A DNA stretch of 64,000 bases from Eubacteriales bacterium (lineage in GTDB: Bacteria; Bacillota; Clostridia; Oscillospirales; CAG-272), in contig JBGVQK010000054.1 of assembly GCA_045127455.1 (NCBI GenBank), positions 3,059-67,058 of the forward strand, read 5' to 3'. This document shows positions 53,270 through 64,000 of the stretch, piece after piece. The notes under the pieces are model-generated. The model worked only from the letters and a program-made list of their open reading frames with translations. It did not search any database and was not told the origin of the DNA. The first letter of the stretch is position 1. Each line of letters opens with the position of its first letter. The translations under genes and the position numbers were made by a program.

Positions 53270-54463
53270 TTATTTCTCCGTCAGGTAAGATTCTGCCAAC
53301 GCCTTGAATGCAGGTAGAGATTTTTGAATTTGCTCGGTGGTTACGCAATAAGAGATACGCACATAGCCGGGACAACCGAAGCTATCGCTTGCAACAAGCA
53401 AAAGTTCAAATTCTTTTGCCTTTTCACAAAAAGCATTGGCATCCGCCTCAAGTGCTTTGACAAAGAGGTAGAATGCGCCATCGGGCTTGACAACCTCGTA
53501 GCCGTAAGAGGTCAGCGCCTCGGAAAGCAGGCGACGGTTGGTATCGTAGATGGAAATATCAGCGGTTTTGCCGATAACTGCAGGGATCATATATTGGAAA
53601 AGCGCGGGCGCGCAGACAAAGCCAAGTGCTCTGCCCGCTCCGCAAACGGCTTGATAGACCGCGGTGGCATCTGTTGCCTCGGGATTTACGAGAATGTAAC
53701 CTATGCGCTCACCCGGAAGCGAAAGAGATTTGCTGAACGAGTAGCAAATGAGCGTATCCTTATAAAAATGCGGCAGATACGGCACGTCAACGTCACCGTA
53801 AACCAGCTCGCGATAAGGCTCGTCGGCAATGAGGTAGATGGGTTGTCCGTTCGCCTCGGATGCCTCACGAAGAAGCGCGGCAAGCCCCTCGATGCTCTCT
53901 TTTGTCATAACCGCGCCCGTGGGATTGTTGGGCGAATTGACAATGATCGCACGTGTTTTGGGGGTGATGGCTGCCTTGACGGCTTCAAGGTCGGGCTGGA
54001 AGGTTTTTGTGTTGCAAAGAACAGGAACTGCAACAGCCCCGTTGCGTTCTACAAAAACGCGGTATTCCGGAAAGAAAGGAGCGAGCAAAATGACCTCGTC
54101 CCCTGCCACGGTCAAAGCCGAGAGAGAGATGGTCAAGGATGCCGCCGCACCGACTGTGAGATAGATCAGGTCGGGATTGGGGTTGGCACTGTGCGTTTTT
54201 GCAATATAGTCGGCAATTGCCTTGCGCACACCCGCATCTCCCTGCGCACTGGTGTAGCCGTGCAAGGAGACGGCATCCTTTTCTTGCAAAAGACGGGTCA
54301 AGGTCTCATTAACGATGGCAGGAGACGGCACACTGGGGTTGCCGATGCTAAAATCAAAAACGTTCTCGGCACCGATCTCTGCCTTTCTCTTTTTGCCGTA
54401 TTCAAACAGTTCTCTTATGACCGAGCGACACGCGCCAAGTCCTCTCATTTTTTCGTTTACCAT
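53270..54463 (-). CDS. PLP-dependent aminotransferase class I/II (probable aromatic/aspartate aminotransferase)
   Basis: NSPNNPTG, DEPY, SFSKSLSLPGERIGY; start at MVNEK (54463); the track's N-terminal extension overlaps uvrA. Confidence 0.9.
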   Translation of the reverse strand: MVNEKMRGLGACRSVIRELFEYGKKRKAEIGAENVFDFSIGNPSVPSPAIVNETLTRLLQEKDAVSLHGYTSAQGDAGVRKAIADYIAKTHSANPNPDLIYLTVGAAASLTISLSALTVAGDEVILLAPFFPEYRVFVERNGAVAVPVLCNTKTFQPDLEAVKAAITPKTRAIIVNSPNNPTGAVMTKESIEGLAALLREASEANGQPIYLIADEPYRELVYGDVDVPYLPHFYKDTLICYSFSKSLSLPGERIGYILVNPEATDATAVYQAVCGAGRALGFVCAPALFQYMIPAVIGKTADISIYDTNRRLLSEALTSYGYEVVKPDGAFYLFVKALEADANAFCEKAKEFELLLVASDSFGCPGYVRISYCVTTEQIQKSLPAFKALAESYLTEK

Positions 54464-54502
54464 AACAGCCTCGCGTTTTAATAAAGTAAAATAATTATTT
54501 AT

Positions 54503-54531
54503 ATTATACTCGCGTGCGAATGGGATGTCAA
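54503..54531 (-). promoter_or_regulatory. Consensus SigA promoter of the aro-met operon
   Basis: TTGACA-17-TATAAT, about 40 nt upstream of the start codon. Confidence 0.8.
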
Positions 54532-54611
54532 GGGGCTTTGGTAAAAAAATATCATACTTTTGACGAAAAAAGAGGAAGAAGCAGCGTGGTGCCGCCTCTT
54601 CCTTCGTGTAT

Positions 54612-57434
54612 TTATCCAAAATATTTTTTGAGATACTTGCCGGTGTGAGATGCCTCAACTGCGGCAATATCCTCGGGAGTGCCCGTGGCAATGACCGTTC
54701 CACCACCGTCTCCCCCCTCGGGGCCAAGGTCGATAACGTGATCGGCACACTTGATAACGTCAAGATTGTGCTCAATAACGATGACCGTGTTGCCTGCATC
54801 GCAAAGGCGTTGCAGAACCTCAAGGAGCTTGGCAACGTCGGCGGTATGCAGACCCGTGGTGGGCTCGTCCAAAATATAAACGGTTCTACCCGTAGCCCTC
54901 TTGGAAAGCTCGGTTGCTAGCTTAACGCGTTGTGCCTCACCGCCCGAAATAGTGGTGGCAGGCTGACCGATCTTGATATACCCGAGACCGACGTCGTAAA
55001 GCGTTTGAAGCTTACGACTGATGGCGGGAAGGCCGTCAAAGAAGCGTACGCCCTCCTCTACCGTCATATCGAGGACCTCGAAAATGTTTTTGCCCTTGTA
55101 TTGCACCTCGAGCGTGTCGCGATTATAGCGCTTACCCTTGCATACGTCACAAGTGACGTAAACGTCGGGCAGGAAGTGCATCTCGATCTTTTTTACGCCG
55201 TCGCCCTCGCAAGCCTCGCATCTGCCGCCCTTAACGTTAAAGGAGAAGCGACCGGGGCCGTAGCCGCGCGCTTTTGCATCTTTGGTTTGGGCAAAAAGCG
55301 AGCGAATATCGGTAAAGAGCCCCGTATAGGTTGCGGGATTGGAGCTCGGCATACGCCCGATGGGGCTTTGGTCGATGCAAATGACTTTATCGAGGTGCTC
55401 AAGTCCCGTAACCTCATCGTGCTTGCCGGGATAGGTGATGGCACGATTGAGCTTATCTGCCAAAACGGGATGCAAAATGCCGTTGATGAGCGAGGATTTG
55501 CCCGAGCCCGAAACGCCCGTAACGCAAACAAATTTTCCAAGAGGAATATCGACGTTGATGTTTTTTAGGTTGTTGTGGCGCGCGCCCTTGATGTGCAGGA
55601 ACGCACCGTTGCCCTCGCGGCGGTATTTGGGGATGTCGATGCTCTTTTTGCCCGATAAATACGCACCTGTGATGGATTTTTCGTCCTTCACGATCTCCTC
55701 GGGCGTTCCTGCGGCAACCACTTCACCGCCGTGAATTCCCGCTCCAGGACCGATATCGAGAATGTAATCGGCACTCTCCATGGTCTCCTCATCGTGTTCA
55801 ACGACGATGACCGTATTACCAAGATCGCGCAAGCGCTTGAGGGTTGCGATCAGCTTGGAGTTATCGCGCTGATGCAGACCGATGCTGGGCTCATCCAAAA
55901 TGTAGAGCACGCCAACAAGGGCCGAACCGATCTGCGTTGCAAGACGAATTCTTTGTGCCTCACCGCCCGAAAGCGTTCCCGCTTTGCGGGAAAGCGTAAG
56001 ATAGTTCAAACCCACGCTGACTAGGAAGCCGAGGCGTGAACGGATCTCTTTGAGGATCTCACCCGCGATTTGTGCTTCGGTTTCGCTTAACTCGAGCGAG
56101 TTGACAAAATCGAGGGCATCTACAATGGAAAGCGAGCAAAGCTCGTGAATATTCTTTCCACCAACCGTAACGGAAAGCGAGGTAGCGGAAAGGCGCTGTC
56201 CGTGACACTCGGGACAAGGTGCTTCCTCAATGAATTGCGCGTAATATTCATTGCCGTACATTTTCATACGGTTTTCGATCATAGGAACGATGCCCTCAAA
56301 TTTGGCAAGCTGATGGTGGTGTTCCCTACCAAACCAGCGGTGAATTTCGTATTTTTCGTCACCCGTACCGTAAAGAAGCTTTTGGTATTGATCCTCGGTG
56401 AAGTTTTCAATGGGGGTATCCATATCAAAGCCGAATCTCTTGCCGACGGCGGCAAAGAGAGGACCGTTCCAGCTTTCTTCCTCCAAGGTTTTGAAGCCGT
56501 TTACGGCTATGGCGCCTTGCGAGAGTGAGAGCTTTTTGTTGGGAATGATGCGATTGACCGCGATGGTCTGCATCTCTCCAAGTCCTGCACAATGCGCGCA
56601 CGCACCTGCGGGATTGTTAAAGGAAAACATACGGGGCTCGAGCTCACCGAAAGAAATGCCGTGCTCCTCACAGGCGTAGTTTTGGGAGAACTCGAGTTCC
56701 TTTGGCTCGCCCTCGCGCGGGACGGTAACGATGGTAACGTGTCCGTCTGCCGCACCGAGTGCGTTTTCAACCGAATCGGAAAGGCGGGATGCAATTCCCT
56801 CGCGCATCACAAGACGGTCTACAACAATGTCGATTGTGTGCTTTTTGTTTTTATCGAGCTTGATCTCCTCGGAAAGATCGTACATATTTCCATTAACGCG
56901 TACACGGACGTATCCGCGCTTGCGCGCATCAGAAAAGACCTTTTCGTGCATTCCCTTTTGCGCACGAACCACGGGAGCGAGCACCATAAAGCGTTCCCCT
57001 TCGGGGAAGGTCAGGATGCGGTCGATGATCTGGTCAACCGTCTGCTGACGGATCTCCTTGCCGCAGATCGGGCAATGCGGAATGCCCACGCGAGCGTAGA
57101 GCAAGCGCAGGTAATCGTAAATTTCGGTGACCGTTCCCACCGTGGAGCGCGGATTGCGCGAGGTGGTTTTTTGGTCGATGGAAATGGCGGGCGAAAGCCC
57201 TTCGATAGAATCTATGTCGGGTTTATCAAGCTGACCGAGAAACATACGCGCATAGGACGACAGCGACTCAACAAAGCGGCGGTGTCCCTCGGCGTAGATG
57301 GTATCAAAGGCAAGCGAGGATTTACCCGAGCCCGAAAGTCCCGTAACGACCACGAGCTGATCGCGCGGAATTTCGACGTCTATATTTTTCAGATTGTGCA
57401 CCCGCACACCGCGGATGGTGATTTGATTGGGCAT
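54612..57434 (-). CDS. uvrA: Excinuclease ABC subunit A
   Basis: [18 protein letters not shown], two LSGGE/ISGGE signatures, Zn-finger Cys motifs. Confidence 0.99.
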   Translation of the reverse strand: MPNQITIRGVRVHNLKNIDVEIPRDQLVVVTGLSGSGKSSLAFDTIYAEGHRRFVESLSSYARMFLGQLDKPDIDSIEGLSPAISIDQKTTSRNPRSTVGTVTEIYDYLRLLYARVGIPHCPICGKEIRQQTVDQIIDRILTFPEGERFMVLAPVVRAQKGMHEKVFSDARKRGYVRVRVNGNMYDLSEEIKLDKNKKHTIDIVVDRLVMREGIASRLSDSVENALGAADGHVTIVTVPREGEPKELEFSQNYACEEHGISFGELEPRMFSFNNPAGACAHCAGLGEMQTIAVNRIIPNKKLSLSQGAIAVNGFKTLEEESWNGPLFAAVGKRFGFDMDTPIENFTEDQYQKLLYGTGDEKYEIHRWFGREHHHQLAKFEGIVPMIENRMKMYGNEYYAQFIEEAPCPECHGQRLSATSLSVTVGGKNIHELCSLSIVDALDFVNSLELSETEAQIAGEILKEIRSRLGFLVSVGLNYLTLSRKAGTLSGGEAQRIRLATQIGSALVGVLYILDEPSIGLHQRDNSKLIATLKRLRDLGNTVIVVEHDEETMESADYILDIGPGAGIHGGEVVAAGTPEEIVKDEKSITGAYLSGKKSIDIPKYRREGNGAFLHIKGARHNNLKNINVDIPLGKFVCVTGVSGSGKSSLINGILHPVLADKLNRAITYPGKHDEVTGLEHLDKVICIDQSPIGRMPSSNPATYTGLFTDIRSLFAQTKDAKARGYGPGRFSFNVKGGRCEACEGDGVKKIEMHFLPDVYVTCDVCKGKRYNRDTLEVQYKGKNIFEVLDMTVEEGVRFFDGLPAISRKLQTLYDVGLGYIKIGQPATTISGGEAQRVKLATELSKRATGRTVYILDEPTTGLHTADVAKLLEVLQRLCDAGNTVIVIEHNLDVIKCADHVIDLGPEGGDGGGTVIATGTPEDIAAVEASHTGKYLKKYFG

Positions 57435-57479
57435 AAAGATCTCCTGTTTTTTTGGGTTTTTGAAGGACGTATAGCGATT

Positions 57480-59504
57480 TTAGCTGTTTTTTCGGCTGCT
57501 TCGGGGCGCATCAATTTTGCCCTCGCGTAGCTTTTTGATCTCATCGCGCAGATATGCGGCTTTTTCAAATTCGAGGTGCTGGGCTGCCTTTTTCATCTCG
57601 ACCGTAAGCTCGGCAATCAGCTTTTCGCGCTCGGTCTTGGTCAGCTTGCGGCTCGCCTTCTCGGCAAGTCCTGCTCGGGTACGAATGCCGCCCTCCTCCT
57701 TGGAGCCAACCTCAATAATATCGCGCACACCCTTGACAACGGTCTTGGGAATAATGCCGTTTGCCTTGTTGTAGGCATCCTGAATCTCGCGGCGGCGGTT
57801 GGTCTCACTAATGGCTCCGCGCATCGAGCGCGTAACGGTATCGGCATACATAATGACCTTGCCTTCGGCATTACGTGCAGCACGTCCGATGGTCTGAATG
57901 AGCGAACGCTCGGCACGCAAAAAGCCTTCTTTGTCGGCATCGAGGATAGCGACCAAAGAGACTTCTGGGATATCCAATCCCTCGCGCAAGAGGTTGATAC
58001 CCACAAGGACGTCGAACACGCCAAGGCGAAGGTCGCGGATGATCTCCATACGCTCCATCGTTTCTACGTTGTGGTGAATATAGCGCACCTTGATGTTGTT
58101 GTCTTCAAAGTATTCGGTAAGGTCTTCCGCCATCTTTTTTGTAAGCGTTGTGACCAAAACGCGCTCGTTTTTTGCAGCACGTGCACGAATTTCGCCCATC
58201 AGATCGTCAACTTGACCCTCTACGGGGCGAACCTCGACCTCGGGGTCAAGAAGTCCCGTGGGACGGATAATTTGCTCAACGACACGCTCGGAATGCTCGT
58301 TTTCGTAGTCACCCGGCGTTGCACTGACAAACACCGCTTGTTGAATGCTTTGCTCAAATTCATCAAAGAAAAGCGGACGGTTGTCATAAGCCGACGGCAA
58401 ACGGAAGCCGTAATCTACAAGATTCTTTTTTCTTGCTGTGTCGCCGCCGCTCATTCCGCGCACCTGCGGAATGGTGATGTGCGACTCGTCGATGAACATA
58501 ACGTAGTCATCCGGAAAATAATCAAGGAGCGTAAAAGGCGTTGCTCCGGGTTCTCTGCCCGAAAGCACACGGGAGTAGTTTTCAACGCCCGAGCAAAAGC
58601 CAATTTCCCGTAGCATCTCCAAGTCATAGCGGACGCGCTCACGCAGTCTTTGCGCCTCCAAAAGCTTGTTTTCGGACTCAAAATATGCAACACGTTCTAT
58701 CATTTCGCGCTCGATCTCGGCAAGCGCCGCTTCCCTCTTTTCGTCGGAGACGGCATAGTGCGTTGCGGGATAGATGGCGGCATAGGTAAGCGTTCTTTTG
58801 AGCTCGCCCGTAACGATATTGATCTCGCAGATGCGGTCGATCTCGTCGCCGAAAAATTCGACGCGCAGCGCACTGTTGTCTATGTTTGCGGGAATGATCT
58901 CCACCGTATCACCGTTGACACGGAAGGAATCGCGTTTGAGGGCAATGTCGTTACGCGTATAACTGTTGGCGACCAATTTGCGGATGAAAACGTCGCGACC
59001 AATGGGCATTCCAGGGCGAATTGCAAGGACAAGTCCTTGATATTCGCTCGGGTCACCGAGGGAGTAGATGCAGGAGACCGATGCCACGATAATGACGTCA
59101 CGGCGCTCGAAGAGCGCGCTGGTGGCGCTGTGGCGCAAGCGGTCGATCTCATCGTTAACAAGGGCGTCCTTTTCGATATACATATCCTTGCCCGGGATGT
59201 ATGCCTCGGGCTGGTAGTAATCGTAGTAAGAAACGAAATACTCGACAGCGGCATCGGGAAAGAACTCGCGCATTTCGGAGCAGACCTGTGATGCTAAGGT
59301 TTTGTTGGGCTCGAGGATAAGCGTGGGGCGATTGGTTCGCGCGATGACGTTTGCCATAGTAAAGGTCTTGCCCGAGCCCGTAACGCCAAGCAGAGTTTGC
59401 ATCCGCTCGCCGCGCAAAATGCCCTCGATCAAGCTCTCTATCGCCTCGGGCTGGTCGCCTGTGGGGGTATATTCACTTTTGAGCACGAAAGGCTTGCTCT
59501 GCAT
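57480..59504 (-). CDS. uvrB: Excinuclease ABC subunit B
   Basis: [34 protein letters not shown] coil. Confidence 0.99.
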   Translation of the reverse strand: MQSKPFVLKSEYTPTGDQPEAIESLIEGILRGERMQTLLGVTGSGKTFTMANVIARTNRPTLILEPNKTLASQVCSEMREFFPDAAVEYFVSYYDYYQPEAYIPGKDMYIEKDALVNDEIDRLRHSATSALFERRDVIIVASVSCIYSLGDPSEYQGLVLAIRPGMPIGRDVFIRKLVANSYTRNDIALKRDSFRVNGDTVEIIPANIDNSALRVEFFGDEIDRICEINIVTGELKRTLTYAAIYPATHYAVSDEKREAALAEIEREMIERVAYFESENKLLEAQRLRERVRYDLEMLREIGFCSGVENYSRVLSGREPGATPFTLLDYFPDDYVMFIDESHITIPQVRGMSGGDTARKKNLVDYGFRLPSAYDNRPLFFDEFEQSIQQAVFVSATPGDYENEHSERVVEQIIRPTGLLDPEVEVRPVEGQVDDLMGEIRARAAKNERVLVTTLTKKMAEDLTEYFEDNNIKVRYIHHNVETMERMEIIRDLRLGVFDVLVGINLLREGLDIPEVSLVAILDADKEGFLRAERSLIQTIGRAARNAEGKVIMYADTVTRSMRGAISETNRRREIQDAYNKANGIIPKTVVKGVRDIIEVGSKEEGGIRTRAGLAEKASRKLTKTEREKLIAELTVEMKKAAQHLEFEKAAYLRDEIKKLREGKIDAPRSSRKNS

Positions 59505-59780
59505 TCAGCGCACCTCGCTTTCCCTAAAATTTCTCGTATCTTACAGTATACCACATTTTTTGCGGCAAGTAAAGTCTTTTTTCAATTTTCGTCCGCCACT
59601 TTTTGTTGCTCTTTTATTGCAATGATGGAAATAAATGGTTGCCTCGCAAAAAAAGTAGAAAAAAGATTGAAAAAAGCGCAACTTTTTTTTGAAAAACTAT
59701 GGAAATTTTGAAAATAGTGTGCTATAATAAGATGAAATAGTGAAAAGTATCGTTTTAGCCCCGTTTGAAAGGATTTTAGA

Positions 59781-62204
59781 ATGTCCGCATATATCGAAAA
59801 AGCCGAACCCGTTACGCTACCGGTCATTGCCCTGCGAGGCACGGTAGCCTTTCCCAAAATGACTATCAACTTTGAGGCAGGCGATGAGAGTGCCGCTACT
59901 GCTGCTAAAGCCGCTGCGGCAAGCTCCTCTTTTTTGTTCCTGACCTCCTATAACGAATATCTCGACAACAGCGAAGAAATCGAATTTCCCTTTTACCGCT
60001 TCGGAACCGTTGTGCGCATCAAGCAAATGATCCGCACTCCCGAAGGACAAACACGCATTATTGCCGAGGGTATGGTAAGAGCGACCGTTAGCCGCTACCG
60101 CACCATTCTCGGTTACACCGAAGCGGACCTGATTTGTAAGCACGTAAATCTCCCCGATAACGGTGGTGTAAGAGGTGAGGCTGCAGTGAGCGAAATGCTC
60201 CGCGCAGCTGAAAAAAATATGCGCCTCCTCCCTGCCGAATCGAGCGATCTTCTCAACACCATTCGCACCATCAAGGACCCCGGTGCACTTGCCGACTTTA
60301 TTGCGGCTCACATTCTTGTGCGCCCCATTGACAAGCAGGCAATTCTTGAGTGCATCGACCCCTTTGCCCGTGCAGAGATCCTTTTGAGCATTCTTGCCGA
60401 GGAGGCTGTGGTGATGGAGGAAGAATCGCTCATTCGTAAACGCGTGAGCGCGCGCATGAACCGTCACCAAAAGGAATACTACTTGCGTGAGCAGATCAAG
60501 GTCATTCAAGAGGAGCTTGGCGAGGGCGACGACGTTGCCGAGTTTGCCAAGAGAATTGAAGCGGCAAATCTGCCCGCTGAGGTTGAAGCAAAGCTTTCCA
60601 AAGAGAATGACCGCCTTGCCAAAACGCCCTTCGGTTCTGCCGAGGCAACGGTTCTGGCAAATTACCTTGATACCTGCCTCTCCATTCCGTGGAGTGCAAC
60701 CACAAAGGACCGCGTCAGCTTCAAAGCCGTTCAAAAGGTTTTGGATGCCGACCACAACGGTCTTGAAGAGGTCAAAGAGCGTATTGTGGAATACATTGCC
60801 GCAAAGCAGCTCAACCCAAACCTCAACAACCAAATTCTCTGCCTTGTCGGCCCTCCCGGCGTTGGTAAAACGTCGATCGCTTCTTCCATCGCGCGTGCGA
60901 TGAACCGCAAATACGTACGCATCTCGCTTGGCGGCGTACGCGATGAGGCTGATATCCGCGGTCACCGCAAAACCTATATCGGTGCAATGCCAGGCCGCAT
61001 TATTACCGCTCTTACCCAAGCCGAGGTAAGAAATCCGTTGATCCTTCTCGATGAGATCGACAAGCTGACCCGTGACTCTCACGGTGACCCCACCTCTGCC
61101 CTTCTCGAGGTGCTTGACGGCGAACAGAACAAGAGCTTCCGCGATCACTTCGTAGAGCTCCCCTTCGACCTTTCCGACTGTATGTTCATCGCAACGGCAA
61201 ACAACCTTGAGAACATTCCCAAGCCCCTGATCGACCGTATGGAGATCATCGAGCTCTCTACCTACACCAAGCGCGAGAAGCTGGAGATCGCAAAGGATCA
61301 CCTTATTCCAAAGCAACTGAGGCGTCACGGCATGACCAAAAAGATGCTGAAGATCACCGAGGACGCCTTGATCGAGATCATCGACTACTACACGCGTGAG
61401 GCGGGTGTGCGTAATTTGGAACGCACCATTGCAACCCTTTGCCGCAAGACCGGCAAAAAGATGCTGGAGACCGGGTGCAAAAGCATCACCCTCAAAGCGG
61501 GCGACGTCAAGACCTATCTTGGTGAGCGAAAGCTGCTGCCCGAAACCATTGATGCCGAGGATCCCGTAGGATGCGTAAACGGACTTGCCTACACCGAGCT
61601 TGGCGGAAGCCTGCTCAAGGTTGAGGTCGCCGTTCTTGACGGCACCGGCAAGATCGAGACCACCGGCTCGCTTGGCGACGTTATGAAGGAGTCGGCACAA
61701 ATTGCTGTCAGCTACGTTCGCTCGGTTGCAAAGGAATTCGGTATTCCCACCGACTTCTACAAAACCAAAGACATTCACATCCACTTCCCCGAGGGCGCGA
61801 TCCCGAAGGACGGCCCCTCTGCAGGTGTTACGATGGTAACAGCGCTTATCAGTGCGCTGACAGGCAGAGCCGTTCGCCGCGACGTGGCAATGACGGGCGA
61901 GATCAGCCTGCGCGGAAACGTGCTTGCGATTGGCGGTCTGAAAGAAAAGACCATGGCGGCTTACAGCGCAGGGGTCAAGACCGTTTTGATTCCCGAAGAG
62001 AATATGCGCGACCTTGCAAAAATTGATGCAATGGCGCGCGACAATCTGCACTTTATTCCCTGCCGCCGCGCAAGCGACGTATTGCACGCAGCACTCCTGC
62101 CTGCAAAAAAGACCACACTTGCAGAGACCGATAAAACGGAAGATGCGATTGCGGCATCCACCTTTGTTCCCACATCCAACGTTCAACCGCAGGTTCGCCT
62201 GTAA
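59781..62204 (+). CDS. lon: ATP-dependent Lon protease
   Basis: GPPGVGKTS, RGHRKTYIGAMPG, LLDEIDK, PKDGPSAG, IGGLKEK. Confidence 0.99.
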   Translation: MSAYIEKAEPVTLPVIALRGTVAFPKMTINFEAGDESAATAAKAAAASSSFLFLTSYNEYLDNSEEIEFPFYRFGTVVRIKQMIRTPEGQTRIIAEGMVRATVSRYRTILGYTEADLICKHVNLPDNGGVRGEAAVSEMLRAAEKNMRLLPAESSDLLNTIRTIKDPGALADFIAAHILVRPIDKQAILECIDPFARAEILLSILAEEAVVMEEESLIRKRVSARMNRHQKEYYLREQIKVIQEELGEGDDVAEFAKRIEAANLPAEVEAKLSKENDRLAKTPFGSAEATVLANYLDTCLSIPWSATTKDRVSFKAVQKVLDADHNGLEEVKERIVEYIAAKQLNPNLNNQILCLVGPPGVGKTSIASSIARAMNRKYVRISLGGVRDEADIRGHRKTYIGAMPGRIITALTQAEVRNPLILLDEIDKLTRDSHGDPTSALLEVLDGEQNKSFRDHFVELPFDLSDCMFIATANNLENIPKPLIDRMEIIELSTYTKREKLEIAKDHLIPKQLRRHGMTKKMLKITEDALIEIIDYYTREAGVRNLERTIATLCRKTGKKMLETGCKSITLKAGDVKTYLGERKLLPETIDAEDPVGCVNGLAYTELGGSLLKVEVAVLDGTGKIETTGSLGDVMKESAQIAVSYVRSVAKEFGIPTDFYKTKDIHIHFPEGAIPKDGPSAGVTMVTALISALTGRAVRRDVAMTGEISLRGNVLAIGGLKEKTMAAYSAGVKTVLIPEENMRDLAKIDAMARDNLHFIPCRRASDVLHAALLPAKKTTLAETDKTEDAIAASTFVPTSNVQPQVRL

Positions 62205-62228
62205 AACGCTTATGAAAGGAGATGCGAT

Positions 62229-62837
62229 ATGGCACTCAACCTCAACAAGACCGAGCTTCGTATCAGCGCGGGATTTCCCAAGCAGTTCCCTCGCGACGCA
62301 ATGGTACAGATCGCCTTTTCGGGCAGATCGAACGTAGGCAAAAGCTCGCTGATCAATTCCCTGCTCGGCCGCAAGTCTTTGGCGCGTGTCAGCTCCTCTC
62401 CCGGCAAGACCATTACCATCAACTTTTACGAGGTTGACAAAACCCTCTTCCTCGTTGACCTGCCCGGCTACGGCTTTGCAAAACGAGCTCCTGCCGATAA
62501 GGCACAATGGTCGGCACTGACCGACGGTTACTTTACGCAAAACCCCAACATTGACCTGCTCAAGCTCGTTATTCAGCTTGTGGATAGCCGCATCGGCCCC
62601 ACGGCTGACGATGAAATGATGCTTTCCTTTTTGCGCGAGGCGGACATTCCCTTTTTGGTGGTTGCCACCAAGGCGGATAAGCTCAACGCAACCGAACGCA
62701 AAAAGAGCGAGGAGCTTTTGCGCAGTCACCCCGACATTCCTGCCGACACCCCTATCGTGTTCTATTCTGCCCTCAAGGGCGAAGGACGCGCCGACCTTTG
62801 GAAGCTGATTGCTGACTACACGGGCTTGAAACTGTAA
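62229..62837 (+). CDS. engB: Ribosome biogenesis GTPase YsxC/EngB
   Basis: GRSNVGKSS, PGKT, DLPGYG, TKADK. Confidence 0.97.
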   Translation: MALNLNKTELRISAGFPKQFPRDAMVQIAFSGRSNVGKSSLINSLLGRKSLARVSSSPGKTITINFYEVDKTLFLVDLPGYGFAKRAPADKAQWSALTDGYFTQNPNIDLLKLVIQLVDSRIGPTADDEMMLSFLREADIPFLVVATKADKLNATERKKSEELLRSHPDIPADTPIVFYSALKGEGRADLWKLIADYTGLKL

Positions 62838-62868
62838 TCTTTCCCGAAAGTGAGAACCGTTTTTCAAA

Positions 62869-63588
62869 ATGTTACTTGATATTCTTTCCGGCGGTAATTT
62901 CCGCGATATTATTATTTCGCTCGTATTCAGTATGCCCATCATCCTCTTGGCGCTCTCTCTGCACGAGACCGCGCACGGATACGTGGCATACAAATGCGGC
63001 GACAACACCGCATACAATCTCGGTCGCTTAACGCTGAACCCCTTTAAGCACATCGACCCGATCGGCTTTGCGTGTATGCTGCTCCTCGGCTTTGGTTGGG
63101 CAAAGCCTGTGCCGATCAACACCCGCAACTTCCGCAACCCCAAGCGCGGCATGGCGCTTTCTGCCCTTGCGGGCCCACTTTCAAATGCCATTTTGGGACT
63201 TTTGAGTGCTGCTCTGTTCGGCTTTTGTCAGGCGTTTTATTACTACCTGATGTTTTCGGGTGCCAACGACTTTGTTTTAACCTGCATTTCTTACACGAGC
63301 CTGCTTTTTGAGCTCTCTGCACTTTACAACCTTTTGTTTATGGCATTCAACCTCATCCCCATTCCTCCCTTTGACGGCTCGCGCATTATGCTGATCTTTC
63401 TGCCGCCCAAGGCGTATTTTGGAATTATGAAGCACGAGAAACAAATCATGATCGGTTTGCTCGTTGCCCTTATGATACTCTCCCGTTTGGGCTTTTCGCC
63501 CTTCTCCTGGATCGCCTACAACCTGACAGAGCTTGTTGCAAGTCCCGTTTTCAAGCTCTTTGGAAATTTGTTTGGCATTTTTGGATAA
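62869..63588 (+). CDS. Site-2 protease (M50) family membrane metalloprotease
   Basis: HETAH, GRLTLNP, GWAKPVP, AGPLSN, NLIPIPPFDG. Confidence 0.93.
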   Translation: MLLDILSGGNFRDIIISLVFSMPIILLALSLHETAHGYVAYKCGDNTAYNLGRLTLNPFKHIDPIGFACMLLLGFGWAKPVPINTRNFRNPKRGMALSALAGPLSNAILGLLSAALFGFCQAFYYYLMFSGANDFVLTCISYTSLLFELSALYNLLFMAFNLIPIPPFDGSRIMLIFLPPKAYFGIMKHEKQIMIGLLVALMILSRLGFSPFSWIAYNLTELVASPVFKLFGNLFGIFG

Positions 63589-63618
63589 TAAACAACAGAA
63601 AGGACTCGACCTCACCTT

Positions 63619-64000
63619 ATGGAAGCACTCACTTACCGGCTGGATCAGTTTGAAGGCCCCCTTGACCTTCTTTTAATGCTGATTCAGAAGAATAAAGTGA
63701 ATATTATCGATATTCCCATCGCGCTCATCTGCGACCAGTACCTTGAATATCTCAAGGCAGCGCAGGATATGGATATGGAGATCGCGGGTGAATTTATCGT
63801 TATGGCGAGCGAATTGATGCTCATCAAGAGCCGCCTGCTCCTCCCCAAGGTAGAGGAAAACGAAAAGGATCCCCGTGCCGACCTCGCTGAAGCACTCTTG
63901 CGTTATCAGCAAGCCAAGCAGGCTGTGGCAAAAATGATCCCCCTCTATCAAACCTACAGCGGCCGTATGGTCAAGGATACCGACGAAATTTCGGTGGATA
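63619..64000 (+). CDS. scpA: Segregation and condensation protein A (runs off the window end)
   Basis: My translation from ATG 63619: MEALTYRLDQFEGPLDLLLMLIQKNK..EFIVMASELMLIKSRLLLP; absent from the track because it has no stop. Confidence 0.95.
   Translation, partial: MEALTYRLDQFEGPLDLLLMLIQKNKVNIIDIPIALICDQYLEYLKAAQDMDMEIAGEFIVMASELMLIKSRLLLPKVEENEKDPRADLAEALLRYQQAKQAVAKMIPLYQTYSGRMVKDTDEISVD

Noticed and set aside
59817-63191. 1124-aa minus-strand ORF
   Set aside because: Antisense shadow of lon, engB and the M50 protease; no recognisable motifs, and typical of codon-biased genes.

Overview
Chromosomal window from a spore-forming, anaerobic Bacillota (Clostridia, probably Oscillospirales-like; inferred from gene content), about 50% GC by eye. 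Core content: spoIIIAA-AG; ylxM-ffh-rpsP-khpA; nadE; nrdDG with tandem NrdR boxes; a trxA/Crp-Fnr/ccdA/TlpA redox module; an 11-gene aromatic amino acid plus methionine operon; uvrBA; and lon-engB-M50 protease-scpA (partial). Accessory content: a two-component system with a duplicated BcrA/LanF-like ABC module; an XRE regulator bracketed by 81-bp inverted repeats and GTAG-type REP hairpins; a MITE-like element; and an orphan sugar-binding lipoprotein with a C-terminal starch-binding-like module. The strongest candidate for an undescribed system is a 9.5-kb, sortase-free, SipW-dependent surface filament locus (27226-36721). It encodes two SipW peptidases, three TasA/CalY-like subunits, a 1592-aa anchorless adhesin, and a two-TM putative base protein whose cytoplasmic tail resembles ribosomal protein uL15. 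Two enzymes have altered catalytic residues: NadE has lost glutaminase triad residues, and the arylamine N-acetyltransferase has a Cys-His-Glu triad. No rRNA, tRNA, CRISPR array, transposase or integrase was seen. All family calls come from motif recognition by eye, not database searches.
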